A DNA stretch of 62,946 nucleotides, from the IMG/VR virus record IMGVR_UViG_3300045988_087398. The stretch is one strand, 5' to 3'. Position numbers and translations under genes: made by a program. Of the stretch, positions 6,617-15,574 are shown one piece after another. Source of the DNA: a virus. Position 1 is the first letter of the stretch. Every line of letters begins with the position of its first letter. A model generated the notes under the pieces. That model ran no database searches, was not told the DNA's origin, and worked only from the letters and a program-made list of their open reading frames with translations.

Positions 6617-9592
6617 TTGAATCCTATTGCAGAAGAAATTGAATCATATCAGGGATGTGGCTCGATGACAACGAACGAATTCCTTGAGCATTATGGAATG
6701 CCTAGAAGATCAGGTAGATATCCATGGGGTTCTGGTGAGGATCCATATCAGCATGAGAGAGACTTCCTTAGTCGAGTTGAAGAATTAAAAGCGACTGGTT
6801 GGACAGAAACTCCGGAGAATATTAAAGAGACATTCGGATTGACGACAACACAGTATCGTACTGAGAAAGCTCTGGCTAAAGATGAACGAAGAATGTATGA
6901 CGTAGCAAGGGCAAAGTCACTCAGAGATGATGGTCTTGGAGCAACAGAGATTGGACGTAAGATGGGTATCAATGAATCGACAGTCAGATCGTTACTTAAT
7001 CCACATTCTGAACAGCGTATGGAGCAGGCGAGAAACACTGCAAAATATTTGAAAGAACAAGTGGATAAGAAGGAAATGGTTGAGGTTGGTACAGGTGTAG
7101 AGCGAGAGCTGAATATTTCAAAGGAGAAATTAGATCAAGCTCTCTATCTGTTGCAGAGAGATGGGTATAACGTTTACAAAGGTGGAATACCACAGGCAAC
7201 CAACCCAGGGCAACAAACAAATCAGCGAGTATTATGCAAGCCTGGAATTGAGCATAAAGAAATATATGATTTCAATAGAGTACAATCCTTGAAAGATTAC
7301 ATTTCGAGAGATGGCGGTGATACTTTTGAAAAGAAGTTCCATTATCCAGAGAGCATGGATTCAAGGCGATTGATGATCCGCTATAAAGAGGATGGCGGAA
7401 TTGAAAAGGATGGAGTAGTAGAGCTTCGTCCTGGTGTTGCTGACTTATCGCTTGGCGAATCTCGTTATTCTCAGGTTCGTATTATGGTTGACGGTAAGAA
7501 ATACATAAAAGGTATGGCTGTTTATGGAGATCCAAAAGATTTTCCCGATGGTATTGATGCCATCTTCAATACAAACAAATCTAAGTCAGTAGCAAAGATG
7601 GATGTGTTGAAAGACATCAAGAATGATCCAGACAATCCTTTTGGTTCACTCATCAAAGATGCTGATCAAGGAGGTCAGTATTGGTATGATGATCCAAAGA
7701 CTGGTAAAAAGAAACTTGGATTGATCAATAAAAGATCCGATGAGGGTGATTGGACTGAATGGAAAGACACGTTACCATCTCAGTTCTTGGCAAAGCAGTC
7801 ATTGAGAATGGCGGGCAAACAGCTGGATTTAGCCAAGGCAGACAGAAGAGATGAGTTTGAAGAGATTAAATCGATCACGAACCCTGTGATTAAAAAACAT
7901 TTCTTAGAGAAATTTGCTGATAGTTGTGATTCAGCATCAGTTCATTTGAAAGCGGCAGCGTTACCGGGGCAGAAATACCATGTAATACTCCCTATCAATT
8001 CTTTAAAGGAGAACGAAGTGTATGCTCCTGGATATACGCCAGGAACTAAGTTAGCATTGATTCGTTATCCGCATGGTGGAACATTTGAAATTCCAATACT
8101 TACTGTTACTGATAAAAATCCAGAAGGTAGAAGAATAATCGGAACCGAATCTATTGACGCAGTCGGTATTAATCACACGGTTGCTGAGCGTTTATCAGGA
8201 GCTGATTTTGATGGTGATACTGTTATGTGTATTCCAACACACGACAAAGCAGGAAGGGTTAAGATCGCCTCAACGCCTCCATTAAAAGGTCTTGAGGGAT
8301 TCGATCCAAAAATGTCATACCCAGAACGTCCCGGTATGAAATATATGAAAGACCCAAAGACTGGTAAAGACAATACTCAGAATGAAATGGGGAGAATTTC
8401 AAACCTTATCAGTGATATGACCTTAGCAGGAGCACCACCAGAAGAAATGGCTAGAGCAGTAAGACATTCTATGGTAGTTATTGATGCTGGAAAACATAAG
8501 CTGGACTACAAGCAAAGTGAGATTGATAACAACATTAAAGCATTGAGAAAAGAGTATCAGGTTAAGACGGATAAGGATGGAAACATTACTGGCTATGGTG
8601 GCGCCGCTACTATCATTTCAAGAAGTAAGGGCGAATCTACAATAAACAAACGCCAAGGTACGCCCAAGATTAATCTTAAGGGTAAAGAATGGTATGACCC
8701 AAGCAGACCTGAAGGTGCACTTATCTATAAAGATGCAGATAACCTATACTACCCAGATCGTAAGCAAGAGAAAGGTATCGTGGAGTTACGTACCGTGGAT
8801 GGTAAAAAAGTAACCTACTCCTATGCCGATAAGGATGCGGTAGATAGGTATGCCCCAGTAGAGAGGAGAGACCCTGCTACCGGAAAAGTCACATTCACTA
8901 ATAAAGATGGAAGCATAGAGTATCGAACCAAGGTTCATACACAGAAGAGTACCAATATGGCTGATACTGATGATGCATACACTCTAGTATCAAAGGCTAG
9001 ACACCCTATGGAACTTCTATATGCCGATTATGCCAATGATATGAAAGCATTAGCGAATCAGGCACGTGTTGAACTAGCCAATACAAGTAAGGTGGCATAT
9101 AACCGAAATGCCAACACAATGTATAAAGCAGAGGTTAAGTCGTTGGATGAGAAACTTAATAATGCATTATTAAATGCTCCTAGAGAGCGTGCCGCACAAC
9201 GAATGGCTAATGCTGAAGTACAAAAGAAACAATTGGACAATCCTGATTGGAAGTCTGCTGATGTTAAGAAAGCGAGTCAGCAAGCATTAACAAAGTTTCG
9301 ACAAGAAGTTGGCTCTGTCTCGAGAAGAGCTCGAAACATACAGATTACAGACAATGAATGGAAAGCTATTCAAGCTGGAGCAATCAGTGAAAGTAAATTA
9401 AAGAAGATTCTTAATAATGCAGACATTGATGAATTGAGACAACGTGCCACACCAAGACAGACAAAAGCTATGACCGAATCTCAAATCAATCGTGCAAAAG
9501 CAATGTCTTCTTCGAACTTCACATTAAAACAGATCGCAGATGCTTTAGGCGTCTCAACATCAACAGTTTCAAAGTATTTGAAAGGAGCGTGA
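6617..9592 (+). CDS. Candidate YonO/RdRP-like two-barrel RNA polymerase with N- and C-terminal HTH-like segments
   Basis: TTG start after GGGAGGTG. LALIRYPHGG...AVGINHTVAERLSGADFDGDTVMCIP parallels beta-prime NRAPTLHR...[23 protein letters not shown]. HTH-like segments are GATEIGRKMGINESTVRSLL and LKQIADALGVSTSTVSKYL. Confidence 0.5.
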   Translation: MNPIAEEIESYQGCGSMTTNEFLEHYGMPRRSGRYPWGSGEDPYQHERDFLSRVEELKATGWTETPENIKETFGLTTTQYRTEKALAKDERRMYDVARAKSLRDDGLGATEIGRKMGINESTVRSLLNPHSEQRMEQARNTAKYLKEQVDKKEMVEVGTGVERELNISKEKLDQALYLLQRDGYNVYKGGIPQATNPGQQTNQRVLCKPGIEHKEIYDFNRVQSLKDYISRDGGDTFEKKFHYPESMDSRRLMIRYKEDGGIEKDGVVELRPGVADLSLGESRYSQVRIMVDGKKYIKGMAVYGDPKDFPDGIDAIFNTNKSKSVAKMDVLKDIKNDPDNPFGSLIKDADQGGQYWYDDPKTGKKKLGLINKRSDEGDWTEWKDTLPSQFLAKQSLRMAGKQLDLAKADRRDEFEEIKSITNPVIKKHFLEKFADSCDSASVHLKAAALPGQKYHVILPINSLKENEVYAPGYTPGTKLALIRYPHGGTFEIPILTVTDKNPEGRRIIGTESIDAVGINHTVAERLSGADFDGDTVMCIPTHDKAGRVKIASTPPLKGLEGFDPKMSYPERPGMKYMKDPKTGKDNTQNEMGRISNLISDMTLAGAPPEEMARAVRHSMVVIDAGKHKLDYKQSEIDNNIKALRKEYQVKTDKDGNITGYGGAATIISRSKGESTINKRQGTPKINLKGKEWYDPSRPEGALIYKDADNLYYPDRKQEKGIVELRTVDGKKVTYSYADKDAVDRYAPVERRDPATGKVTFTNKDGSIEYRTKVHTQKSTNMADTDDAYTLVSKARHPMELLYADYANDMKALANQARVELANTSKVAYNRNANTMYKAEVKSLDEKLNNALLNAPRERAAQRMANAEVQKKQLDNPDWKSADVKKASQQALTKFRQEVGSVSRRARNIQITDNEWKAIQAGAISESKLKKILNNADIDELRQRATPRQTKAMTESQINRAKAMSSSNFTLKQIADALGVSTSTVSKYLKGA

Positions 9593-9597
9593 ATTAA

Positions 9598-9849
9598 ATG
9601 AATTATCAATCTTTATTGACAACAACAGATAATCCATTCGATCCATTCGAGCAGTTCACGCAATGGCAATTGTTTGATGCTCAAAAAGGAAGAGATACGT
9701 GTGGTTATTTGATGCGAATTGCCAAAATTTCAGATGATATGTCTGAAGTTGAGTGCGATAAAGAAATAAATCGAGCAATTGATGAAATTATTGCAGAAAA
9801 TCCTTTAGGAATTTACACAAAAGTTACAAAAGAGCTTGTTTTGGGCTAG
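9598..9849 (+). CDS. Hypothetical protein
   Basis: 83-aa ORF with a start 6 nt after the upstream stop. Confidence 0.55.
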   Translation: MNYQSLLTTTDNPFDPFEQFTQWQLFDAQKGRDTCGYLMRIAKISDDMSEVECDKEINRAIDEIIAENPLGIYTKVTKELVLG

Positions 9850-10127
9850 ATATGTGGTGGAAAAAGCATAGAGGGGGGTCTGAAAAAATGCACCCCCTCC
9901 CTGCATCGCCGCCCTCTTTGAAAATTCCCCGGGGGGATTTTTTATATTTGAGTTTCATGATACTTATAAGGGCTTATGATATGGTCTAGTGCACATCTCA
10001 ATGGACCTGCCACCTATTGAGAGTTTGTTAGTTTCTCCTTTCTGTTTTGTGCATCCCTCCGCCATATTATAAGTCTTTATAAGTGTTATGAAACAGTATG
10101 GAAACTATAAGAAAGGAGATCAGAAAC
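9850..10127. other. Candidate cos/packaging-recognition region
   Basis: 278-nt non-coding gap. GC-rich hairpin GAGGGGG(9871)/CCCCCTC(9893), CCCCGGGGGG palindrome, and three TTATAAG repeats. It lies just upstream of the small terminase-like, HNH and TerL genes. Confidence 0.45.
9921..9945 (+). terminator. Rho-independent terminator
   Basis: aaaattcccc-gg-ggggatttt hairpin followed by a T-run. Confidence 0.6.
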
Positions 10128-10481
10128 ATGGCAAAAGTGAAGCAAACCTCAACCAAAGACACAAAAAAGAGCCTCAGACCAGCTTTAACGCCAGAGGCAA
10201 GAGAAAACAGAGCTATTGCTTTGGCTATGGATTTGGTCGAGGAGCGGTTGATGAATGGAACGGCATCATCACAGGAAACAACTCATTTTTTGAAGCTTGG
10301 TTCTGTAAAGAATAAACTCGAGATAGAGAAACTTAAAGCTGAGAATGATCTCATCCACGCAAAAGCAGAAATGGTACGGGCTCAGAAGAATAATGAGGAG
10401 ATGTTTAAGGATGCTATTGCAGCAATGAAGGAGTATAGTGGCAATGGAACTACGGAGGATGATATAGAAGATGAATATTAA
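10128..10481 (+). CDS. Possible small terminase subunit
   Basis: AAAGGAGA RBS. Basic N-terminus and coiled-coil C-terminus. The call rests on its position upstream of HNH and TerL; there is no firm motif. Confidence 0.35.
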   Translation: MAKVKQTSTKDTKKSLRPALTPEARENRAIALAMDLVEERLMNGTASSQETTHFLKLGSVKNKLEIEKLKAENDLIHAKAEMVRAQKNNEEMFKDAIAAMKEYSGNGTTEDDIEDEY

Positions 10482-10890
10482 AAGATATTCAGAACTTATA
10501 AAATTTCTAACATTCGAAGAAAGATACGACTATCTGAAATTGAATGGTCGAGTTGGCGAAGACACTTTTGGTTTTGATAGATATCTGAATCAAGTTTTTT
10601 ATCGATCAAAAGAATGGCGATCAGTGAGAGATTTTGTTATAGCAAGAGATAACGGATGCGATTTAGCAATTGATGGTCGAGAGATATTTGATAAAATTTT
10701 AATACATCATATGAACCCAATCACTAAGGATGATGTATTGAAGAGACGGGATTATATTTTAGATCCTGAGTATCTGATAACAGTCACAAAGCGTACACAT
10801 GATGCAATACATTATGGCGATAAAGAATTGTTATTAAGCACATCGCTAATTACAAGAACTAAGAATGACACATGTCCATGGAGACATTAA
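10471..10890 (+). CDS. HNH endonuclease (packaging-associated)
   Basis: ARDNGCDLAIDG...ILIHHMNPI...THDAIHYG are HNH motifs. The gene is adjacent to the terminase genes. Confidence 0.75.
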   Translation: MNIKRYSELIKFLTFEERYDYLKLNGRVGEDTFGFDRYLNQVFYRSKEWRSVRDFVIARDNGCDLAIDGREIFDKILIHHMNPITKDDVLKRRDYILDPEYLITVTKRTHDAIHYGDKELLLSTSLITRTKNDTCPWRH

Positions 10891-10895
10891 AGTGA

Positions 10896-10924
10896 GAAGC
10901 CTGACGATAGGCTTCTTTTTTTTA
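10896..10924 (+). terminator. Rho-independent terminator
   Basis: gaagcc-tgacgata-ggcttc hairpin followed by T9. Confidence 0.7.
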
Positions 10925-10943
10925 TTTGAGAGGAGGTATGCAA

Positions 10944-11321
10944 ATGAGCGAAGTCACAAATGCGAACGACAGCATTCTTACATCAATCAAGAAAATTCTT
11001 GGAATACCAGAAGAGCATGAACACTTTGATGCAGATATCATTATGCATATCAACACAGTTTTTATGATTCTCAATCAGCTTGGTGTCGGACCCACTTCTG
11101 GTTTTAAGATTCTGGATAAAACTACGATGTGGGACGACTATTTGAAAAATGATAGTCAGTTAGAAGCTGTGAAATCCTATATGGGTTACAAGGTTCGATT
11201 GATGTTTGATCCCCCATCAAGCTCAGCCATCACAGAGTCAATTAATCGCGTCATTAGCGAGCTTGAATGGAGAATACTTGTGATGGTCGAAAGTAAAAAT
11301 TCTCGAGAGGAGGAATCATGA
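10944..11321 (+). CDS. gp6-like head-tail connector / DNA-packaging (QLRG-like) protein
   Basis: SILTSIKKILGIPEEHEHFDADIIMHINTVFMIL resembles the N-terminus of gp6-like connector proteins. Confidence 0.4.
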   Translation: MSEVTNANDSILTSIKKILGIPEEHEHFDADIIMHINTVFMILNQLGVGPTSGFKILDKTTMWDDYLKNDSQLEAVKSYMGYKVRLMFDPPSSSAITESINRVISELEWRILVMVESKNSREEES

Positions 11322-11971
11322 TGTACGAATATGTATTATGCCATCATGGTGTTCTTGGTATGAAATGGGGTGTCCGTAGATACCAGAATGCTGATGGAAG
11401 TCTTACGTATGCTGGAAAGAAACGAGCATTGAAAATCCAGGACAAATATACAAATTTCACAGAGAATCAAAAGTATCGAAAGAAGAACGGTGATTATACA
11501 TATGCCGGACGTAAGAAGGCTCTGAAGATGCGAGAGAAGTATTCGGCGGTTACTGGTGGAAAGAAATTGACTCGGTTTACACCATCTGGAAAGGCAGTGA
11601 CAAACAAACCAAGAACGTTAGGAGATTTGTCGGACGAAGAATTGAACAAAAAAGTTCAACGTCTGAGATCGGAACGAGATTATTTGGATTTGAATAGACA
11701 AATATCATCGTTAACTCCTAAACATATATCTGCCGGAAAGAAATTTGTAGATGCGATCAAATCATCAGCAGTATCAGTGTTAAAGGATAAAGGCACAAAA
11801 CTTGCTGGAGATTATCTGGATAAGCAGGTTAGAACGAAGTTGGGTATGAATGATGCAGACAACAAAAAAAAGAAATCTGAAAAATTACAGCAGGAAATGC
11901 TCGACGCTAGAAATCGATATAACATCGAAAACTTCAACAGAATGTATAAAGATTTAAAGAATAAAAAATAG
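11318..11971 (+). CDS. Hypothetical protein with N-terminal HHGVLGMKWGVRRY motif and a duplicated TYAG(K/R)K(R/K)ALK segment
   Basis: ATGA overlap with the upstream gene. Internal repeats GSLTYAGKKRALKIQDKY and GDYTYAGRKKALKMREKY. Confidence 0.55.
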   Translation: MMYEYVLCHHGVLGMKWGVRRYQNADGSLTYAGKKRALKIQDKYTNFTENQKYRKKNGDYTYAGRKKALKMREKYSAVTGGKKLTRFTPSGKAVTNKPRTLGDLSDEELNKKVQRLRSERDYLDLNRQISSLTPKHISAGKKFVDAIKSSAVSVLKDKGTKLAGDYLDKQVRTKLGMNDADNKKKKSEKLQQEMLDARNRYNIENFNRMYKDLKNKK

Positions 11972-11983
11972 GAGTGATTTTAT

Positions 11984-13747
11984 ATGGCATTATCGAACAC
12001 CGCCACCCCACGATACTACGGCGAGTTTCGAGATGCCGTACTTCGAGGTGAAATTCCGGTAAATGAAAAAATCGAGATGGAAATGAATCGAATAGATGCC
12101 CTAATACAGAATCCAGGTGTCTACTACGATGATAAGGCAATAGATGGATTTATTGCTTATTGTGAAAAAGAATTGGTTCTAACTAATGGTGATGATCTAC
12201 ATTTATTGGATTCATTCAAACTGTGGGCTGAGCAGATTTTTGGATGGTATTACTTTGTTGAGAGGAGTGTGTACGTCCCGTCAAAAGATGGGCACGGAGG
12301 GCATTATGCGAGAAAACGAATTAAGAAACGGCTCATAAATAAGCAGTATCTGATCGTTGCGAGAGGCGCAGCAAAATCTATGTATGCTTCTTGTATTCAA
12401 AACTATTTCTTGAATGTCGATACATCCACAACACATCAGGTCACAACAGCTCCAACAATGCCACAAGCAGAAGAGGTTATGTCGCCAATCAAGACTGCCA
12501 TAACCAGGGCAAGAGGACCGTTGTATCAGTTTCTTACTTATGGATCATTGCAGAATACAACCGGATCGAGAGCTGACAGAGTGAAACTTGCCAGCACAAA
12601 GAAGGGAATTCAGAATTTCTTGACGGGGTCACTGCTGGAAGTAAGACCAATGTCGATTGACAAGCTTCAGGGATTACGAGTGAAGATAGCTACAGTAGAT
12701 GAATGGTTATCTGGAGATGTCCGGGAGGATGTAATTGGTGCTTTGGAGCAGGGCGCCGCTAAGGAACAGGGCGGAGGTATGAACGATGACTATCTTATCG
12801 TAGCGATTTCCTCTGAAGGAACTGTCCGTAATGGTTCGGGAGATACAATCAAAATGGAATTGATGAGTATATTAAAAGGTGAGTACAATGCTCCACACAC
12901 CTCGATATGGTGGTATGCCCTTGATTCTGTTGACGAAGTATCAGAACCGGATTTATGGATAAAAGCAAATCCAAACCTTGGAAAAACTGTAAGTTATGAA
13001 ACGTATCAGTTGGATGTCGAGAGAGCTGAAAAGAATCCGGCAGTTCGGAATGATATTTTGGCAAAGAGATTCGGTATTCCCATGGAGGGTTATACATATT
13101 ACTTCACATATGAAGAAACTCTTCCTCACAGAAAGAAAGAGTATTGGCAAATGCCATGTGCAATGGGAGCCGATCTTTCTCAAGGTGATGATTTCTGTTC
13201 TTTCGTATTTCTATTTCCATTATCAAATGGAGAATTCGGTGTAAAAACAAGAAACTACATAACGGAGCTTACTTTGAATAAGCTACCTTCAGCCATGAGA
13301 TTCAAATACGAAGAGTTCATGAATGAAGGAAGTCTTATTGTCATGGATGGAAACATTCTCGATATGATGCAGGTATTCGACGATTTGGACGAATACATTC
13401 TGTCTATTGGCTATGACGTTCGGTGTTTTGGATATGATCCATACAATGCTAAAGAATTTGTGGAAAGATGGTCAAGAGAAAATGGACCATTTGGTATTGA
13501 GAAAGTAATACAGGGAACAAAAACCGAGTCAGTCCCATTAGGTGAATTAAAGAAGTTATCAGAAGAGAGAATGCTGCTGTTTGATGAGAAGCTTATGACC
13601 TTTGCGATGGGAAACTGTATCGTTATGGAAGATACAAATGGAAATCGTAAACTTCTAAAGAAAAGACATGATGCAAAGATTGATGCTGTAGCGGCTATGA
13701 TGGATGCCTTCGTTGCATTCAAGTTAAATCGAGAAGCATTTGAGTAA
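11984..13747 (+). CDS. terL: Terminase large subunit
   Basis: VARGAAKS Walker A-like, IATVDEW Walker B, and C-terminal nuclease motifs GADLSQGDD, GYDPYN and KIDAVAAMMDA. Confidence 0.9.
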   Translation: MALSNTATPRYYGEFRDAVLRGEIPVNEKIEMEMNRIDALIQNPGVYYDDKAIDGFIAYCEKELVLTNGDDLHLLDSFKLWAEQIFGWYYFVERSVYVPSKDGHGGHYARKRIKKRLINKQYLIVARGAAKSMYASCIQNYFLNVDTSTTHQVTTAPTMPQAEEVMSPIKTAITRARGPLYQFLTYGSLQNTTGSRADRVKLASTKKGIQNFLTGSLLEVRPMSIDKLQGLRVKIATVDEWLSGDVREDVIGALEQGAAKEQGGGMNDDYLIVAISSEGTVRNGSGDTIKMELMSILKGEYNAPHTSIWWYALDSVDEVSEPDLWIKANPNLGKTVSYETYQLDVERAEKNPAVRNDILAKRFGIPMEGYTYYFTYEETLPHRKKEYWQMPCAMGADLSQGDDFCSFVFLFPLSNGEFGVKTRNYITELTLNKLPSAMRFKYEEFMNEGSLIVMDGNILDMMQVFDDLDEYILSIGYDVRCFGYDPYNAKEFVERWSRENGPFGIEKVIQGTKTESVPLGELKKLSEERMLLFDEKLMTFAMGNCIVMEDTNGNRKLLKKRHDAKIDAVAAMMDAFVAFKLNREAFE

Positions 13748-13781
13748 GAATCTTACATTATAAAAGGCGGGTGTAAAAAGT

Positions 13782-14279
13782 TTGAAACAATATGGTTTAT
13801 CAATTAAAAGACAAGTCATAATTCCAGATGATGAATTATACCATTGGAAGTACATTAAAAGAAAAAGGGTTAATGGAAAATGGCGGTACTACTATGATAT
13901 AAAAGATGCTCTTGGGTATGACGAAAGAGATGGCTATAAAAAAGCAAAGAAGGATTTAGATGCTGCATATGTGAAGACATTAAATGCAAATTCGTTAAAT
14001 AACAACTATCAGTCATCGTTATTTGCTAAATATAGGCACCTTCGAGATCCTGAAGGAAACATTCTACCGGCACTTCGATCAGAATACAAAAAAGATCATG
14101 CAAGATTAAAAAACATAAATGATAATATTTTAAAAGCAAATTCTGATTACAGAAAAGCTGGTGAGAAGTATGCGAAAGCAGAAAAAGCTTATTTTAAGAC
14201 CCCATTAGGAAAATTAGAAATTACAAAAAAGAAAATTGAAAAAGCCAAAAGCTGGTTAAAAAAATTTCTAAAATATTAA
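13782..14279 (+). CDS. Hypothetical Lys-rich protein (HWKYIKRKRVNGKWRYYYD N-terminal motif)
   Basis: 165-aa ORF with a TTG start, lying between terL and the portal gene. Confidence 0.5.
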   Translation: MKQYGLSIKRQVIIPDDELYHWKYIKRKRVNGKWRYYYDIKDALGYDERDGYKKAKKDLDAAYVKTLNANSLNNNYQSSLFAKYRHLRDPEGNILPALRSEYKKDHARLKNINDNILKANSDYRKAGEKYAKAEKAYFKTPLGKLEITKKKIEKAKSWLKKFLKY

Positions 14280-14320
14280 AGGAAGACAGAATATGATTCT
14301 AATAAATAAAGGAGGTCAAA

Positions 14321-15574
14321 ATGGAATTAAATATTGGATCTAGGCTTAAAAGAGCCTGGAATGCGTTTACTAACCGGGATCCTACAGGTGGATATAAATC
14401 TGTCGGACCCGGTTATTCTTTATCTCCGAGTAGACCAAGACTATCTAGAGGTAACGAAAAATCCATAGTCAATGCTGTATTAACACGTATTGCGATGGAT
14501 GCGGCGGCCATAGACATTAAGCATTGTCGATTAGATAAGAATGGACGTTATCTGGAAGACATTGATTCTCCGCTCAACGATTGTTTCAACTTGTCGGCGA
14601 ATATCGATCAGACAGGTAGAGCATTTAAACTAGATGCATATCTGTCATTGCTTGATGAGGGTTGTATTGCTCTCGTTCCGATAGACACGACAGATAATCC
14701 GGATGATACGAATTCCTATGACATTAACTCGATGCGTGTATGTAAGATTCTCGACTGGTATCCAAGGCATGTTCGAGTTCTTGCTTATAATGATCGAACT
14801 GGTGAAAAAGAAGAATTGGTGATGCCGAAGAGCCAAGTGGCTATTATCGAGAATCCGGCATATTCAGTTATGAATGAACCTAACTCAACTATGCAGCGAC
14901 TGAAGAAGAAACTTAGTTTGTTGGATGCTACTGACGAACAGTCTGCTTCCGGAAAATTAGATTTGATTATTCAGTTGCCGTATGCGGTAAAGAGCGAATT
15001 GAAGAGACAACAGGTTGAAGAGCGAAGGAAAGACATCGAAGATCAATTGACGAATGGTAAGTATGGAATAGCATGGGCTGATGGTACTGAGAAAATTACT
15101 CAGCTCAATCGACCGGTTGAGAACAATCTTATGAAACAGATTGAGTATCTTACCAACCTGTTCTATAGCCAGCTGGGTGTTACTCAGAGTGTTATGGATG
15201 GCACCGCTGATGAAAAGACGATGCTTAATTACAATAACAGAACAATCGAGCCTTTGGTGGCTGCGGTTGTTGATGAAGTGAAACGAAAGTTTCTTACGAA
15301 GACTGCCAGAACAAAAGGGCAGTCTATTTCTTATTTCACAGACCCATTCAAACTGGTTCCAGTTGATAACATCGCTGAAATAGCAGACAAGTTCACAAGA
15401 AATGAAATTATGACTTCGAATGAAATCAGACAGATTATCGGAATGAAACCATCGGATGATCCGAAGGCTGATCAGCTTATAAACAGCAATATCAGCCAAC
15501 CAAACCAGGGAGAAGAGTTGGCGGTGGATGATACAGAAAATGAAGAAAGGAGTGAGAGTCAAAATGGGTATTAA
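14321..15574 (+). CDS. Portal protein
   Basis: 417-aa ORF between terminase and the protease-capsid gene, with an acidic C-terminus. The call is based on position and size. Confidence 0.75.
   Translation: MELNIGSRLKRAWNAFTNRDPTGGYKSVGPGYSLSPSRPRLSRGNEKSIVNAVLTRIAMDAAAIDIKHCRLDKNGRYLEDIDSPLNDCFNLSANIDQTGRAFKLDAYLSLLDEGCIALVPIDTTDNPDDTNSYDINSMRVCKILDWYPRHVRVLAYNDRTGEKEELVMPKSQVAIIENPAYSVMNEPNSTMQRLKKKLSLLDATDEQSASGKLDLIIQLPYAVKSELKRQQVEERRKDIEDQLTNGKYGIAWADGTEKITQLNRPVENNLMKQIEYLTNLFYSQLGVTQSVMDGTADEKTMLNYNNRTIEPLVAAVVDEVKRKFLTKTARTKGQSISYFTDPFKLVPVDNIAEIADKFTRNEIMTSNEIRQIIGMKPSDDPKADQLINSNISQPNQGEELAVDDTENEERSESQNGY

Noticed and set aside
8198-8218. FDGD motif of the 991-aa protein read as a Toprim/DnaG primase signature
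   Set aside because: The surrounding context (R-x-P about 47 aa upstream; hydrophobic-x-H/N-x-x-V...G-A-DFDGD-T-V-M) matches the beta-prime/RdRP barrel better. No upstream Toprim Glu motif or primase zinc finger was seen. Only a profile search can settle this.
10088-10315. 75-aa ORF overlapping the small terminase-like gene in another frame
   Set aside because: The frame starting at ATG 10128 has a strong RBS and extends to the HNH gene with the usual overlap.
14957-15562. 201-aa minus-strand ORF inside the portal gene, together with similar antisense ORFs at 1170..1619, 31411..31935, 35097..35456 and 49803..50204
   Set aside because: All are embedded antisense in well-supported + strand genes and lack an RBS. 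Their composition is low-complexity Ile/Leu/Ser/Phe, as expected for the antisense of an AT-rich sequence.
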